Positions 8,491 through 18,371 of a stretch of DNA of 64,000 nucleotides are shown in pieces. The notes under the pieces were generated by a model that had not been told where the DNA came from, ran no database searches, and saw only the letters and a list, made by a program, of their open reading frames with translations. The position numbers and the translations under genes were made by a program. Position 1 is the first letter of the stretch. Each line of letters opens with the position of its first letter. Origin of the DNA: an uncultured archaeon (GTDB taxonomy: Archaea > Thermoproteota > Bathyarchaeia > Bathyarchaeales > Bathycorpusculaceae); contig CAWENF010000014.1 in assembly GCA_963810275.1 (NCBI GenBank), forward strand, positions 64,001 to 128,000, read 5' to 3'.

Positions 8491-10764
8491 TTGTTTGAAG
8501 AGAAACAGAAAATAGCAATAACGTCAAAATACGTTTTAACAGCTATTATAGTTATAGCCAGCTTGGTTGGACTATACTTTCTCTCTAGCTACGATTACTT
8601 GATTTTTCATGTTATTGTGGAATTTTTCAGCATAGTCATAGCCTTTGCCATATTCACCATTGCATGGAATACAAAGCACATAACTGAAAACTCGTACTTC
8701 CTGTTCATTGGCATAACATTCGTTTTTGTGGCAATTTTAGACCTTTTCCACATGCTATCCTACAACGGTATGAACATTTTTTCACCGGAACAGTTTCCTG
8801 GCGCTAATTTAGCCACCCAGCTTTGGTTGGCAACCCGCTACCTCTTTGCCGTATCGCTTCTTCTACCTTTGCTGTTCATTCGCAGTAAAGTGAAGGAAAA
8901 CACAATACTTGCGGCTTACACAATAGTAACCGGGCTGCTTTTTGCTTCAATTTTAGTTTGGCAAAATTTTCCACTCGCTTACATAGCAGGAACGGGTTTA
9001 ACTATGTTTAAAGTGGCAAGCGAGTTTGCGATATCAGGCATAATTCTTGTCGCTATAGTCTTTTTGGTGAAGAAGAGAAATGAATTCAGCGATGAAATAT
9101 TCAAACTGCTATTAGCAGCTATGGCTCTTGGTATAGCCACTGAAATGGCTTTCACCGTCTACACCGACGTCTACGGCATCATGAACATGGTTGGACACCT
9201 ATTAAACGTCATTTCATTTTTCTTCATCTATGTGGCGTTAGTCCAAACATCTCTAACCAAACCATACAACCTCTTGTTCCGTGACCTCAAACAAAGTGAA
9301 ACAAACCTCGCTAAACACTCAGAAGAATTAACCAAAGTCAACGAGAAACTCGCCCAGGAAATTGACCAACGCACAGCCGTCCAGAAAGCGTTGGAGCAAA
9401 GCGAGCAACAGTTGAAGTTAAAACTTGATGCTGTACTTTCTCCAGATATCGAGTTAACCGAGGAGGACTTAACCAACATAATAGACGTGACTTCGCTGCA
9501 GGCGACGATGGACTACCTCTACCGTGTCACAAACATGGCGTTTGCATTAATAAATCTCAAAGGCAAAGTTTTAGTGAAAACTGGATGGCAGGATATATGC
9601 ACTAAATTTCACCGCGTAAATCCCGAAACCTGCCGTAACTGCATTGAAAGTGATCTTGAGCTTTCAAAATGGATTGAAAAAGGCAATGTTCGCCTATATA
9701 AATGCAAAAACAACCTTTGGGATGTTGCTACGCCCATCTTTCTCGGAGACAAACATGTGGGAAACGTGTTTTTTGGTCAATTCTTCTTTGACGACGAGCC
9801 ACCTGACCGAACGATCTTTGAGAAGCAAGCAAAAAAATATGGTTTTGATAAAGAAGCATATCTAGCGGCGTTTAACCGTGTACCGAGGTTTAACCGCAAA
9901 GACATAGACAGCCTGATGGTTTTCTACGCTCAAATGTCAGAGACAATCTCAAAGCTCAGCTACTCCAACCTTAAACTCGCAAGAGGCTTAAACGAGCAGA
10001 AGGAACTGCAACTTAGACTTGAAGGTAAAGCTGCTGAAGTAGAGGAGTATGCATCTCAGATGGAGGAGTTAGCTCAGGAGAGGGCGAAAAAACTTCAGGA
10101 TGCAGAGAGGCTCTCGGCAATCGGCGCCACTGCTGGCATGGTTGGACACGACATAAGAAACCCTCTTCAGGCAATAACCAACGAACTTTACTTAGCAAAA
10201 AAGTCTATCGAGTATCTTCCGCATCATACAAAAGCCGAGCTGGAAGAGAGCATCCAAAGCATGGAAGACAACATCGTCTACATTAACAAGATAGTTGCCG
10301 ACTTGCAGGACTTCGCTAAACCCCTTAACCCAAAGAGGGAGCAGGTTGACGTTGAGAATGCAGTTAAAGATGCACTTGCAATCGTAAATATCCCGGAAAA
10401 CGTTGCAGTTTCAGTTAAAATAGCTCAGAACCTGTCGCCTTTGATTGCTGATTCAACTATGATTAGGCGGGTAATAGTTAACTTAGCGCAGAATGCGATT
10501 CAAGCTATGCCGGAGGGCGGGAACCTTACAATAACCGCTGTGTATAGAAAACGCAAAATAGTGATTGCCCTCCAAGACACCGGCGGAGGAATACCAAAAG
10601 AGGTACAGCCTAAACTGTTCACCCCGCTGATGACAACAAAGTCAAAAGGGCAAGGCTTTGGATTAGCCGTTGTTAAACGCATGACAGAAGCCATGTGTGG
10701 AAAAGTCAGCTACACAAGCCAACAAGAGAAAGGTACAACTTTCACGCTTGAATTCCCAGCTTGA
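8491..10764 (+). CDS. Membrane sensor histidine kinase (MASE3 + PocR + HisKA + HATPase)
   Basis: N-terminal FHVIVEFFS...DLFHMLSY...GHLL (MASE3); GWQDICTKFHR...CIESD...YKCKNNLWDVATPI (PocR); H-box VGHDIRNPL; N box NAIQAM; G1 DTGGGI; G2 GQGFGL. Confidence 0.92.
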   Translation: MFEEKQKIAITSKYVLTAIIVIASLVGLYFLSSYDYLIFHVIVEFFSIVIAFAIFTIAWNTKHITENSYFLFIGITFVFVAILDLFHMLSYNGMNIFSPEQFPGANLATQLWLATRYLFAVSLLLPLLFIRSKVKENTILAAYTIVTGLLFASILVWQNFPLAYIAGTGLTMFKVASEFAISGIILVAIVFLVKKRNEFSDEIFKLLLAAMALGIATEMAFTVYTDVYGIMNMVGHLLNVISFFFIYVALVQTSLTKPYNLLFRDLKQSETNLAKHSEELTKVNEKLAQEIDQRTAVQKALEQSEQQLKLKLDAVLSPDIELTEEDLTNIIDVTSLQATMDYLYRVTNMAFALINLKGKVLVKTGWQDICTKFHRVNPETCRNCIESDLELSKWIEKGNVRLYKCKNNLWDVATPIFLGDKHVGNVFFGQFFFDDEPPDRTIFEKQAKKYGFDKEAYLAAFNRVPRFNRKDIDSLMVFYAQMSETISKLSYSNLKLARGLNEQKELQLRLEGKAAEVEEYASQMEELAQERAKKLQDAERLSAIGATAGMVGHDIRNPLQAITNELYLAKKSIEYLPHHTKAELEESIQSMEDNIVYINKIVADLQDFAKPLNPKREQVDVENAVKDALAIVNIPENVAVSVKIAQNLSPLIADSTMIRRVIVNLAQNAIQAMPEGGNLTITAVYRKRKIVIALQDTGGGIPKEVQPKLFTPLMTTKSKGQGFGLAVVKRMTEAMCGKVSYTSQQEKGTTFTLEFPA

Positions 10765-10774
10765 GGGAGCTGAA

Positions 10775-11149
10775 TTGATAGAGAAACTGTTTGTCTACGG
10801 AATATTAACTCAGGTTAAGGTTCGCCGTGAAGTCATCAGCGAAGATAATCTGCGATATTTAGGTGAAGGCTCGATTGAGGCAGAACTTTACGATTTAGGC
10901 GCACACCCAGCAGCGATTCCATGCAATGGCAAACGGGTTAACGGCACCGTGTATGAGTTAGCCGATTTAGGTGTTTTAGAACAACTCGACGAGTTTGAAG
11001 AGTATAAACACTCTGACCCCAAAGGCAGTCTTTACGTGCGTGCAGTTGCTGAAGTCACTTTGGAAAATGGCAAAACAGTTGCTTACGTTTATTTCTATAA
11101 TCGCAGTGTCAAAAAAGCCAAGAAAATTGTCAACGGAAAATGGAAATAG
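10775..11149 (+). CDS. Gamma-glutamylcyclotransferase family protein
   Basis: LFVYGIL, V.GTVYE, LDEFEE and AYVYFYN motifs. A TTG start at 10775 follows GAGGGAG. Confidence 0.85.
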   Translation: MIEKLFVYGILTQVKVRREVISEDNLRYLGEGSIEAELYDLGAHPAAIPCNGKRVNGTVYELADLGVLEQLDEFEEYKHSDPKGSLYVRAVAEVTLENGKTVAYVYFYNRSVKKAKKIVNGKWK

Positions 11150-12001
11150 TCATTTTTTGAAGCTAACTGCGGCATATCCGACAACACTTGAGTGGTCACC
11201 TGTAATGTCGCCGCTGTTGTGGTAAGCAAGCAAATCAGCTTTTGCGTTAACCCCGAACGCGTAGGTGAGGAGGCTGGTTATGGGGGCGTACCCGCAGGCA
11301 GAGACATCTCGTTCTTCGATGATTTCGTAGAAAGCTTTGGCATCTACTGCGATGGCGGCGTCTAAAGCTGCTTGGTCTTTTTGGGATGCGGTTTTGGCAG
11401 GTTCGTAGTGGGTCATGTCGGAGGATGCAATGACGACCGAGTTGGTTGCGTCAAGGGATTCAGTTAGGGCTCTGCCGATTTCCACTGCAGATTGGTAGTC
11501 ATGCATCATGTAGCAGATAGGAACGATTTTGAATGTGTTGCCGTAGAGGAACTGAAGGAAAGGCAACTGCACTTCAAGAGAATGCTCAAAGCGATGTGCA
11601 AGTTCGTCAACGTCCAGGACCGACGTTTCTTGAAGAATGTCATCGGCGAGTGCCGTATCGATTTCCACGTTCCCAAACGGCGTCTGCCATGTGCCTTCAC
11701 GCATAACCGACAAAGCGGAGCCGTAGCCAGTATGATTAGGGCCTAAAAGTATGACGGTGTCGGGTTTGCCGTCTAAAGCTAACTGGTAAAAAGCGTGTGC
11801 CGCCACGGGACCGCTGTAAAGATAGCCAGCATGGGGAGAAATAAGTCCGACGATTTTGCGTGGGTGAGTTGATGTGTTAACAGTGGGGAGTTTTTGGGGT
11901 CCGAGTTTGCTGAGAAAACAACCGCTAAGTTGTGCTCTGAGTGCTTCGGCGTTGTCCTCGTAAAATTGAGAAGCGACAACTGCTCGCCGAAGCGGAGCCA
12001 A
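11150..12001 (-). CDS. MEMO1 family protein (AmmeMemoRadiSam protein B)
   Basis: PHAGYLYSG, GPNH, EHSLEVQLPFLQ, SSDMTHY, ACG and VVGYA motifs; lies directly downstream of rps2. Confidence 0.95.
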   Translation of the reverse strand: MAPLRRAVVASQFYEDNAEALRAQLSGCFLSKLGPQKLPTVNTSTHPRKIVGLISPHAGYLYSGPVAAHAFYQLALDGKPDTVILLGPNHTGYGSALSVMREGTWQTPFGNVEIDTALADDILQETSVLDVDELAHRFEHSLEVQLPFLQFLYGNTFKIVPICYMMHDYQSAVEIGRALTESLDATNSVVIASSDMTHYEPAKTASQKDQAALDAAIAVDAKAFYEIIEERDVSACGYAPITSLLTYAFGVNAKADLLAYHNSGDITGDHSSVVGYAAVSFKK

Positions 12002-12003
12002 CT

Positions 12004-12903
12004 TTAGGGTTCATCCTCCTCGTCTCGGGTGACTTTAGCTTCGAAGTCTTCGATGCTGACTGAGGGATCTTTGTCTGGGGCTAGTTCGCCTCTTTCTCTT
12101 AGGACTTGGCGTGCCAGCAGCCAGAAGATGACTGCGAGTGCGCGGCGGCCTTTGTTGTTGGTTGGGATAACTAAGTCTACGCCGCTGAATTCGTTGTCGG
12201 TGCTGCATAGCGCCACGATAGGTATGCCGACAGCGGATGCTTCTTTGACTGCCTGAGCGTCTGCGCGTGGGTCTGAGACGACGATGACTTCGGGGTCAAC
12301 TCTGTTTTGGTATTGCGGGTTGCTAAGTTGTCCTGGGATGAATCTGCCAATGATGGGAGTCGCGCCTGTTAGTTTGCAGAACATTTTAACTGGTTCATGG
12401 GCGTATAGACGGGTGGCTGCTATAGCTACTTTACTGGGTTCGTAACGTGAAAGGAATTTGGCGGTTGTGCGGATGCGGTCGTCTGTTTTTTTGACGTCTA
12501 AGACGAATAAGCCATCTGGTCGGACACGGTAGATAAATGGTTCCATGTCTAGGGTTTTCATTCGGGTACCGATGTGTATACCTGCGGAGAGCAGGGTATC
12601 TCGTGGTAGAAGAAGAGTTTCTTCAGGTCCCGTTTCAACCGGTGCTTGTGGTGCTTCAAATTCTTCTTCCTCTTCTGATTCTTCGCTTTCTTCTTCGACT
12701 GGTGTCTCTTGGACAATTTCTTCAGATGCTTCTTCTTCAGCTTCTTGAGCAAATGGAGCTTCAGTTTCTTCTTCAGTTACGGTTTCTTCTGAAACTGGTT
12801 CATCTTGAGGTTCAGCTTCAACGGTTTCTGCTGGCTCCTCAACTGGTTCTTCTTCTAATTGGGTGTCTTCGGGTAGGTTTTCTTTTGTTTGATCTTCAGA
12901 CAT
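12004..12903 (-). CDS. rps2: 30S ribosomal protein S2 (uS2) with long acidic N-terminal extension
   Basis: [22 protein letters not shown] and [11 protein letters not shown] motifs. Confidence 0.97.
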   Translation of the reverse strand: MSEDQTKENLPEDTQLEEEPVEEPAETVEAEPQDEPVSEETVTEEETEAPFAQEAEEEASEEIVQETPVEEESEESEEEEEFEAPQAPVETGPEETLLLPRDTLLSAGIHIGTRMKTLDMEPFIYRVRPDGLFVLDVKKTDDRIRTTAKFLSRYEPSKVAIAATRLYAHEPVKMFCKLTGATPIIGRFIPGQLSNPQYQNRVDPEVIVVSDPRADAQAVKEASAVGIPIVALCSTDNEFSGVDLVIPTNNKGRRALAVIFWLLARQVLRERGELAPDKDPSVSIEDFEAKVTRDEEDEP

Positions 12904-12920
12904 TCTTATTCATCTTCTCT

Positions 12921-14174
12921 TTAGCGTATATTTAGGTAAGCCATTCTGGCTCTGTTTCCAAGGAAATGCTCAATGCGTATGAGCTCGTTTAATTTGGCGA
13001 TGCGTGCGCCTTCTACCACACCTGTTTTGATAACCGGGCATCTATATGCTACAGCTAAATGGGCGATGTGCCAATCGCATGTGTCCCCGCTACGATGCGA
13101 AACCACAGGGGAGTAGCCGTTAGTTTGGGCTGTTTCGATTGTTTCAGCTGCATCGGTTAAGGTGCCTATCTGGTTAACTTTGATGATGATAGCGTTTCCC
13201 GCGTTAATCTTAATTCCGTTATTTAACCTTTCAGTATTGGTTGTAAACAAATCGTCACCGCAAATTAAACAATTCTTCGATTTCTTTGTGAGTTCCGCAA
13301 AGCTTTCGAAGTCATCCTCTTGGAAAGCATCCTCCACGTAGACAAGGTGGTACTTCTCTATTAAATCAAGCATGTACTCCAGTTGCTCTGCTGTGTCGCG
13401 TTTCACGCCGTCTTGGGTGTAAACGTATTTTTCTTCTTTTGGCTTCCAAAAGTTGGATGCCGCCACGTCAATACCAAAACCGCATTCGAAATCCAACTCA
13501 TTACCTACTTCCTCACAAGCACGGGCGATTACTTCAAACGCATCATCGGTTGTGATGTTGGCTATCCATGCACCCTCGTCGCTCTTGCCGCCGTTAAAGG
13601 TAGTGCTTTTCTTCTTAAGAGAGTCGCTGATGCGTTTGTGGATTAGGGTGTTGGCGGTTTGGGCTTCAAGGAAACTTTCTGCGCCGTGGGGTAAACTGAG
13701 GTATTCTTGGATTACGGGTGCTTTGCCGCGTGCGTGGGCGCCGCCACTTATGCAGTTGCCCAATGGAAATGGCATAGTGTTGGCTGCATTTCCGCCTAAG
13801 AATTGGAACAAGAGCAAGCCATGGCTGTTGGCTGCTGCTTCTGCGTTTGCAAGGCTTATGGCGAATGCGGTGTTGCCGCCTACATTTTTAAAGTCGGCGG
13901 TGCCGTCTATTTCGTGAAGAGTGTTGTCGATTTCCTCTTGGAAATCAGCGTTTAAGCCTGCAAGCTCTGGAGCAACTATTTCATCAACTTTTTTGATGGC
14001 TGCCTCAACGCCTCCCGTCGGGTAATAAGCCACTTCGGCTTTTCCTTTGCTCTTACCGGCTGGCGCGCCTGAGCGTCCGAAACCGCCGGCAGTAATAACA
14101 TCTACTTCTATGGTTTCTTCTCCGCGGTTATTGAAAATTTTTCTTGCGATGAGGTCCTCAATGATTGATGACAC
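12921..14174 (-). CDS. eno: Enolase
   Basis: GGAHA, IQEY, DEG, IDVAAS, VEDAF, GDDLF, IKVNQIGTLT and SHRSGDT motifs. Confidence 0.97.
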   Translation of the reverse strand: MSSIIEDLIARKIFNNRGEETIEVDVITAGGFGRSGAPAGKSKGKAEVAYYPTGGVEAAIKKVDEIVAPELAGLNADFQEEIDNTLHEIDGTADFKNVGGNTAFAISLANAEAAANSHGLLLFQFLGGNAANTMPFPLGNCISGGAHARGKAPVIQEYLSLPHGAESFLEAQTANTLIHKRISDSLKKKSTTFNGGKSDEGAWIANITTDDAFEVIARACEEVGNELDFECGFGIDVAASNFWKPKEEKYVYTQDGVKRDTAEQLEYMLDLIEKYHLVYVEDAFQEDDFESFAELTKKSKNCLICGDDLFTTNTERLNNGIKINAGNAIIIKVNQIGTLTDAAETIETAQTNGYSPVVSHRSGDTCDWHIAHLAVAYRCPVIKTGVVEGARIAKLNELIRIEHFLGNRARMAYLNIR

Positions 14175-14411
14175 GATAATATTAACCTCAAGACGCTATA
14201 GTTTTGTAGTCGGGTTATTTTAGGTTTCGGAAAACAGGATGTTATAACTAGCCTCTCAAGTGTTCAACCTGCCTTTTTGTTATAAATAGCACTCTTGCTC
14301 TATGTTGATCACAGGTCACTCACTTACATAAACCCTTGAATATTTACAGCGTCATTCTTGTAGAGTTTTTGGCTGAACTAACAGTTTTTAGTTAGTTTCT
14401 TGACAAATCTG

Positions 14412-16443
14412 CTAAACCAGCTTCCGCTTCTGCCTGAGCCACCGTTGCAAAACTAAAACCACAGCCAAAACCGCTGCAACCACAATCGCAGCTACAGCAA
14501 TAGCCAGAAAGGGAAACGCCTCGGCCGAATCGGATGCGGCAACCACGTAAGGGCGCATCATCTCATTATCTTCATGCTCCAATAGGTGACAGTGCCAAAC
14601 GTAGCCGGGGCCAGCGGTTGCGTCGAAAGAAAATGGAGCGCCGTCCTGCTGGGGTCCACCGTGCCCGAATTGTGACGACTTCACCTGAGTTGACAATGAC
14701 TGTGTCTTTCCAGCCTTGCTCGCTTGGAGCAGCTGGCCACGGTTCACCTGTTAGATACGGGCTTAGGGATTCGACGTTTACAGTGGGGTTTTTTAGTGGT
14801 AGTTCGCCATTAAGGTTGTTCCAGTCTTCGAGGTAGCTAGTTATGTCGAAATTTTGGCGGCTCACCACCTGGAACTGGATTAGGTGTAAGTGGATAGGGT
14901 GTACATCCATCATGGTGTTGACCAGTGCCCAGTCTTCGGTTGACCCAACTATAGGGTTTTCGGAAATAGATGCTGACCAGTCCTGCCCGTCAAGAAGGAG
15001 TTCTTGGTCACCGTTTGGACCCCCAATGCCCGTCAACGTTAGAATTCTCGTTTTTGAGGGGGCGGGCAAAGTTGGGTAGTTGCCTGCCAGCAGGGGGTTA
15101 AGGTTTTGAGGGAGGTCGGGTGCGACTGCACTCTGTTTATCCAAGACGGTGAACTGCATGATTTTCCCTGTTGTGTCAGCGGTGGATGAGTCTATTTCGG
15201 CAATGTTTTGCAGGATGATTTGTTGTCCTGCTGGAATGCTAGAGAAGTCGACAAGGATGTCTATGCGTTCGGCTGGCGCAACCAGCTTTGAAGTTAATTC
15301 TACTGGGGATTTAAGGTAGCCGCCGTCCGAACCGACCTGCGTAAAAGACATTCCATTTGAGAATTGCAGCTGGTAGAAACGACTGTTGGAGCCATCCAGA
15401 ATGCGGAAGCGGTAGACGCCCTGCTCCACATTCATGTTCGGCCACACCTTCCCGTTGACCACGAGAGTATTGCCAAGAAATGTCGGTTGCCATATGGGGT
15501 GAAAATCGGGGTAGTTGCCTTCGGTGGGGTAGTATAGGGAGCCGTTTTGGTAAAAACTACGATCTTGAAGCAGCAGAGGTATGTCGTAGGCGCCACTTGG
15601 CATAACTTGCTCAACTGGATTTGTGCTGTTTCTTAAGATATAAAAACCAGCTAACCCCGAAAGAACGTTTAGGCGGGTTACACCCAATGCGTGGTCGTGA
15701 TACCACAAGTTGGCTGGGGGCTGGGTGTTGGGGTAGATGTAGACGGCGGCATTTGGGTCGGTGGGCTCTTCGGTAGTGTAGGCGGAGCCGTGTTTGCCAT
15801 CGGGGGTGTACCATGATTCGGGGAAGCCATCACTGACGGAGGATACTTCACCGCCGTGCAGGTGCGTGACAATGGGGACGGGCGAGAGGGCAGAGGCAGT
15901 CGTGGAGACGGTCGCTTGCGGGTTCACTCCGCCCATAGATAAACCGTTAGGGTTAGCCCAGTGAATAGTAGAGTCCACCGGCAAAATGTAGCTTAACAGG
16001 TTGCCTTTGGAGTCCACCAGGCTGTTAACCCATTTCACCTTAACGGGCACGCCCTGAATCGCCTCAAAAGTGCATCCGGGAGTAAAGCCTACCATCCCCA
16101 AGTCGGCGCCTGTGACTCCGTCTTTAGCTGGACCTTGGTAGCCCCAAACCGTTGTCGATGGATATTCAGTTGGGGAACCATCTTCGTGAATGGTGGGCAG
16201 CATCTGCTGGTTAAACTCTCTGACTTCGACGGTGTAGTCCTGTCTGATGAGGGTTTCTTGGCTGTCGGTTACGTTCACTGCTTCGAAAACTGGTGGTGGA
16301 TTGGTGAGTTGATTTGTGAATTTAGGGATTGCAGCGGGGTCAAGCAGCTGCGGTCCTGTTTGTCCACTAGTTGGTTGAATTGGAATCACAACTAGAGCGG
16401 TGATTAGTGCCGTGAGAAGTAAAGTTTTCAGTACAGATGTCAT
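14412..16443 (-). CDS. Multicopper oxidase (CotA/bilirubin-oxidase-like), secreted and membrane anchored; 1-nt frameshift near 14650
   Basis: Copper motifs THLHGG, WYHDH and HPIHLH in ORF 14572-16443, and [14 protein letters not shown] in ORF 14412-14747. Removing one C from a C4 run joins them. N-terminal signal peptide and C-terminal TM with a basic tail. Confidence 0.9.
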
Positions 16444-16613
16444 TTTTTAATCCTCAAAACTCTACAGTATCTTTGAGAGGTTGAAATAGAAAACACTTCC
16501 GCTTTTCCTTATGCAAACGGCTTGCGGAGACATCTTTGCAGTTTGGCAATCAGGGGTTTGAATGTGAATGTTTTTATCTCCAACCACAATACAATCAGGT
16601 CAAGGTGTAACTT

Positions 16614-17549
16614 ATGGGTAAAGGGTCAGGTTACGGTAAAGTCATCCTGTTTGGCGAACACTTCGTTGTGCACGGCGTGCCCGGCGTAGTTTCCGCCATC
16701 GATTCCTCAACGGACGCAGAAGTAAAGAAATCAGCTAAAATGAGCATTAGAGACGAGCGGAAAACCGCTAAAGGCTACAGCGAAGAGAAAAAGATGCAGC
16801 AAATCGAATCCATCGAGCGCATGCTCAAAGCCATGGATTTGGACTCCAAAATGGCGTTTGACATCTGGATAGGCGGCTCTCTACCAGGCTTCAGTGGACT
16901 AGGCGCATCCGCGGCCTCCAGCGTTGCCATTGCACGAGCCATTTCTGAAGAGCTCAACTTGGGTTTGTCTAACGATAAAATCAACTCGGTTGCTTACGAA
17001 GGCGAAAAAGCCTATGCAGGCAACCCGTCGGGTATCGACAACACCGCAGCCACCTACGGCGGGTTGATGTGGTTTAAGAAAAACCCCGCGGGTGGACAGG
17101 ACTTGGTGGAGAAAATTCACATTAAACGCCCAGTCGAAATCGTAATCGGCAGCACAGGCAAAGTCGCCAACACTAAAGCCATGGTGGAAGGCGTAGCTGA
17201 CCGCAGAAAAGCCAACCCAGCCAAATACGACCCTCTGTTTAAGCAGGCAGAAAACATTGCAGTTGCAGGCAGAAAAGCGCTGGAGGCAGGCGACCTTAAA
17301 AAAGTCGGCGACCTCATGAACGAGAACCACAGGATTTTGCAAGAAATCGGCGTGTCAAGCAAAGAACTGGACTTGCTCGTGGACATTGCCCGCAAGCAGG
17401 GCGCTTTTGGCGCTAAGTTGACAGGCGGCGGCGGAGGCGGCTGCATGGTTGCGTTATGCGGCGGCAAAGAGGTCGCTGGTAAAATTGTGGGTGCCTTTAA
17501 GGGCGCTGGCTTTGAGTATTTGATGACTAGAATCGGCGTCGTAAACTAA
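16614..17549 (+). CDS. mvk: Mevalonate kinase
   Basis: GHMP motifs GKVILFGEHFVVHG, GLGASAA, PSGIDN and KLTGGGGGG; isoprenoid gene neighbourhood. Confidence 0.93.
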   Translation: MGKGSGYGKVILFGEHFVVHGVPGVVSAIDSSTDAEVKKSAKMSIRDERKTAKGYSEEKKMQQIESIERMLKAMDLDSKMAFDIWIGGSLPGFSGLGASAASSVAIARAISEELNLGLSNDKINSVAYEGEKAYAGNPSGIDNTAATYGGLMWFKKNPAGGQDLVEKIHIKRPVEIVIGSTGKVANTKAMVEGVADRRKANPAKYDPLFKQAENIAVAGRKALEAGDLKKVGDLMNENHRILQEIGVSSKELDLLVDIARKQGAFGAKLTGGGGGGCMVALCGGKEVAGKIVGAFKGAGFEYLMTRIGVVN

Positions 17550-17824
17550 TAGAATCTTATTTTGGGCCACCTTTGCCCTTATTGTTTTTCTAAGTTTCTT
17601 AGTCCAGAAACCTTGACAAAACACTGACAGAAAACCGGATAAAAAACGATTATTAACCGCCCACGAACTCAGAACACATAAGAACACTAAGCAAAGTCTC
17701 AGCCCTACATCTGGTGTTGGAGGAGGCAACCATAGCAGCTCCAAACATGATTTAAGCATTCACCACCTCAAATCCAGCATGGCACCCCGGTTTGGAGTAG
17801 CACCTTTTGCGATGAGAGTTATGA

Positions 17825-18252
17825 GTGGGCTTTTTGTGTGGTTCAAACAAGCGACTCAGGATACTCCCTTGCGGGGTACACACTATTTCTTGTGGTGCGG
17901 GTCAGGCGGATGTTTGGCTTGTTAAAGTGGACTCTTTCGGATGCCAAGAATGGAACAGAACCTTTGGCGACGCCGGGTTTGATTGGGCTTCTTCGCTGAT
18001 CAAACATCTGACGGCGGGTTTGCGTTGGCTGGAACAACTTATTCTTCTGACGAAAGAGGCTATGATGCTTGGCTAATCAAAACCGATGGTGCAGGAAGTT
18101 GCATGGAGTCGAAGCTTCGGCGGTGTAGGCGACGACCAAGCACTCGCAGTGGTGCCTGTGGGTGACGGCGGGTTTGTGCTGTGCGGCTCAACCAATACCT
18201 ATGGGGTTGGTGCGTGGGATATGTGGCTGTTTAAGGCTTCAGGCAGCCCATA
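17825..18252 (+). pseudogene. Decayed fragment of a beta-propeller repeat surface protein
   Basis: Repeats DVWLVKVDSFG.EWNRTFG, QTSDGGFALAG..DAWLIKTD and DGGFVLCG..DMWLFK are split across frames. Confidence 0.7.
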
Positions 18253-18371
18253 AAACGGGTTTTTCATAATCCACTGCGGGTTATTGATATTTATTCCTCT
18301 GTTCTGTCAAAGCATTTTTCCAAAACCTATAAACGCAGACTCAACATCTTTTCCAATTTGAGGCAAACAGT

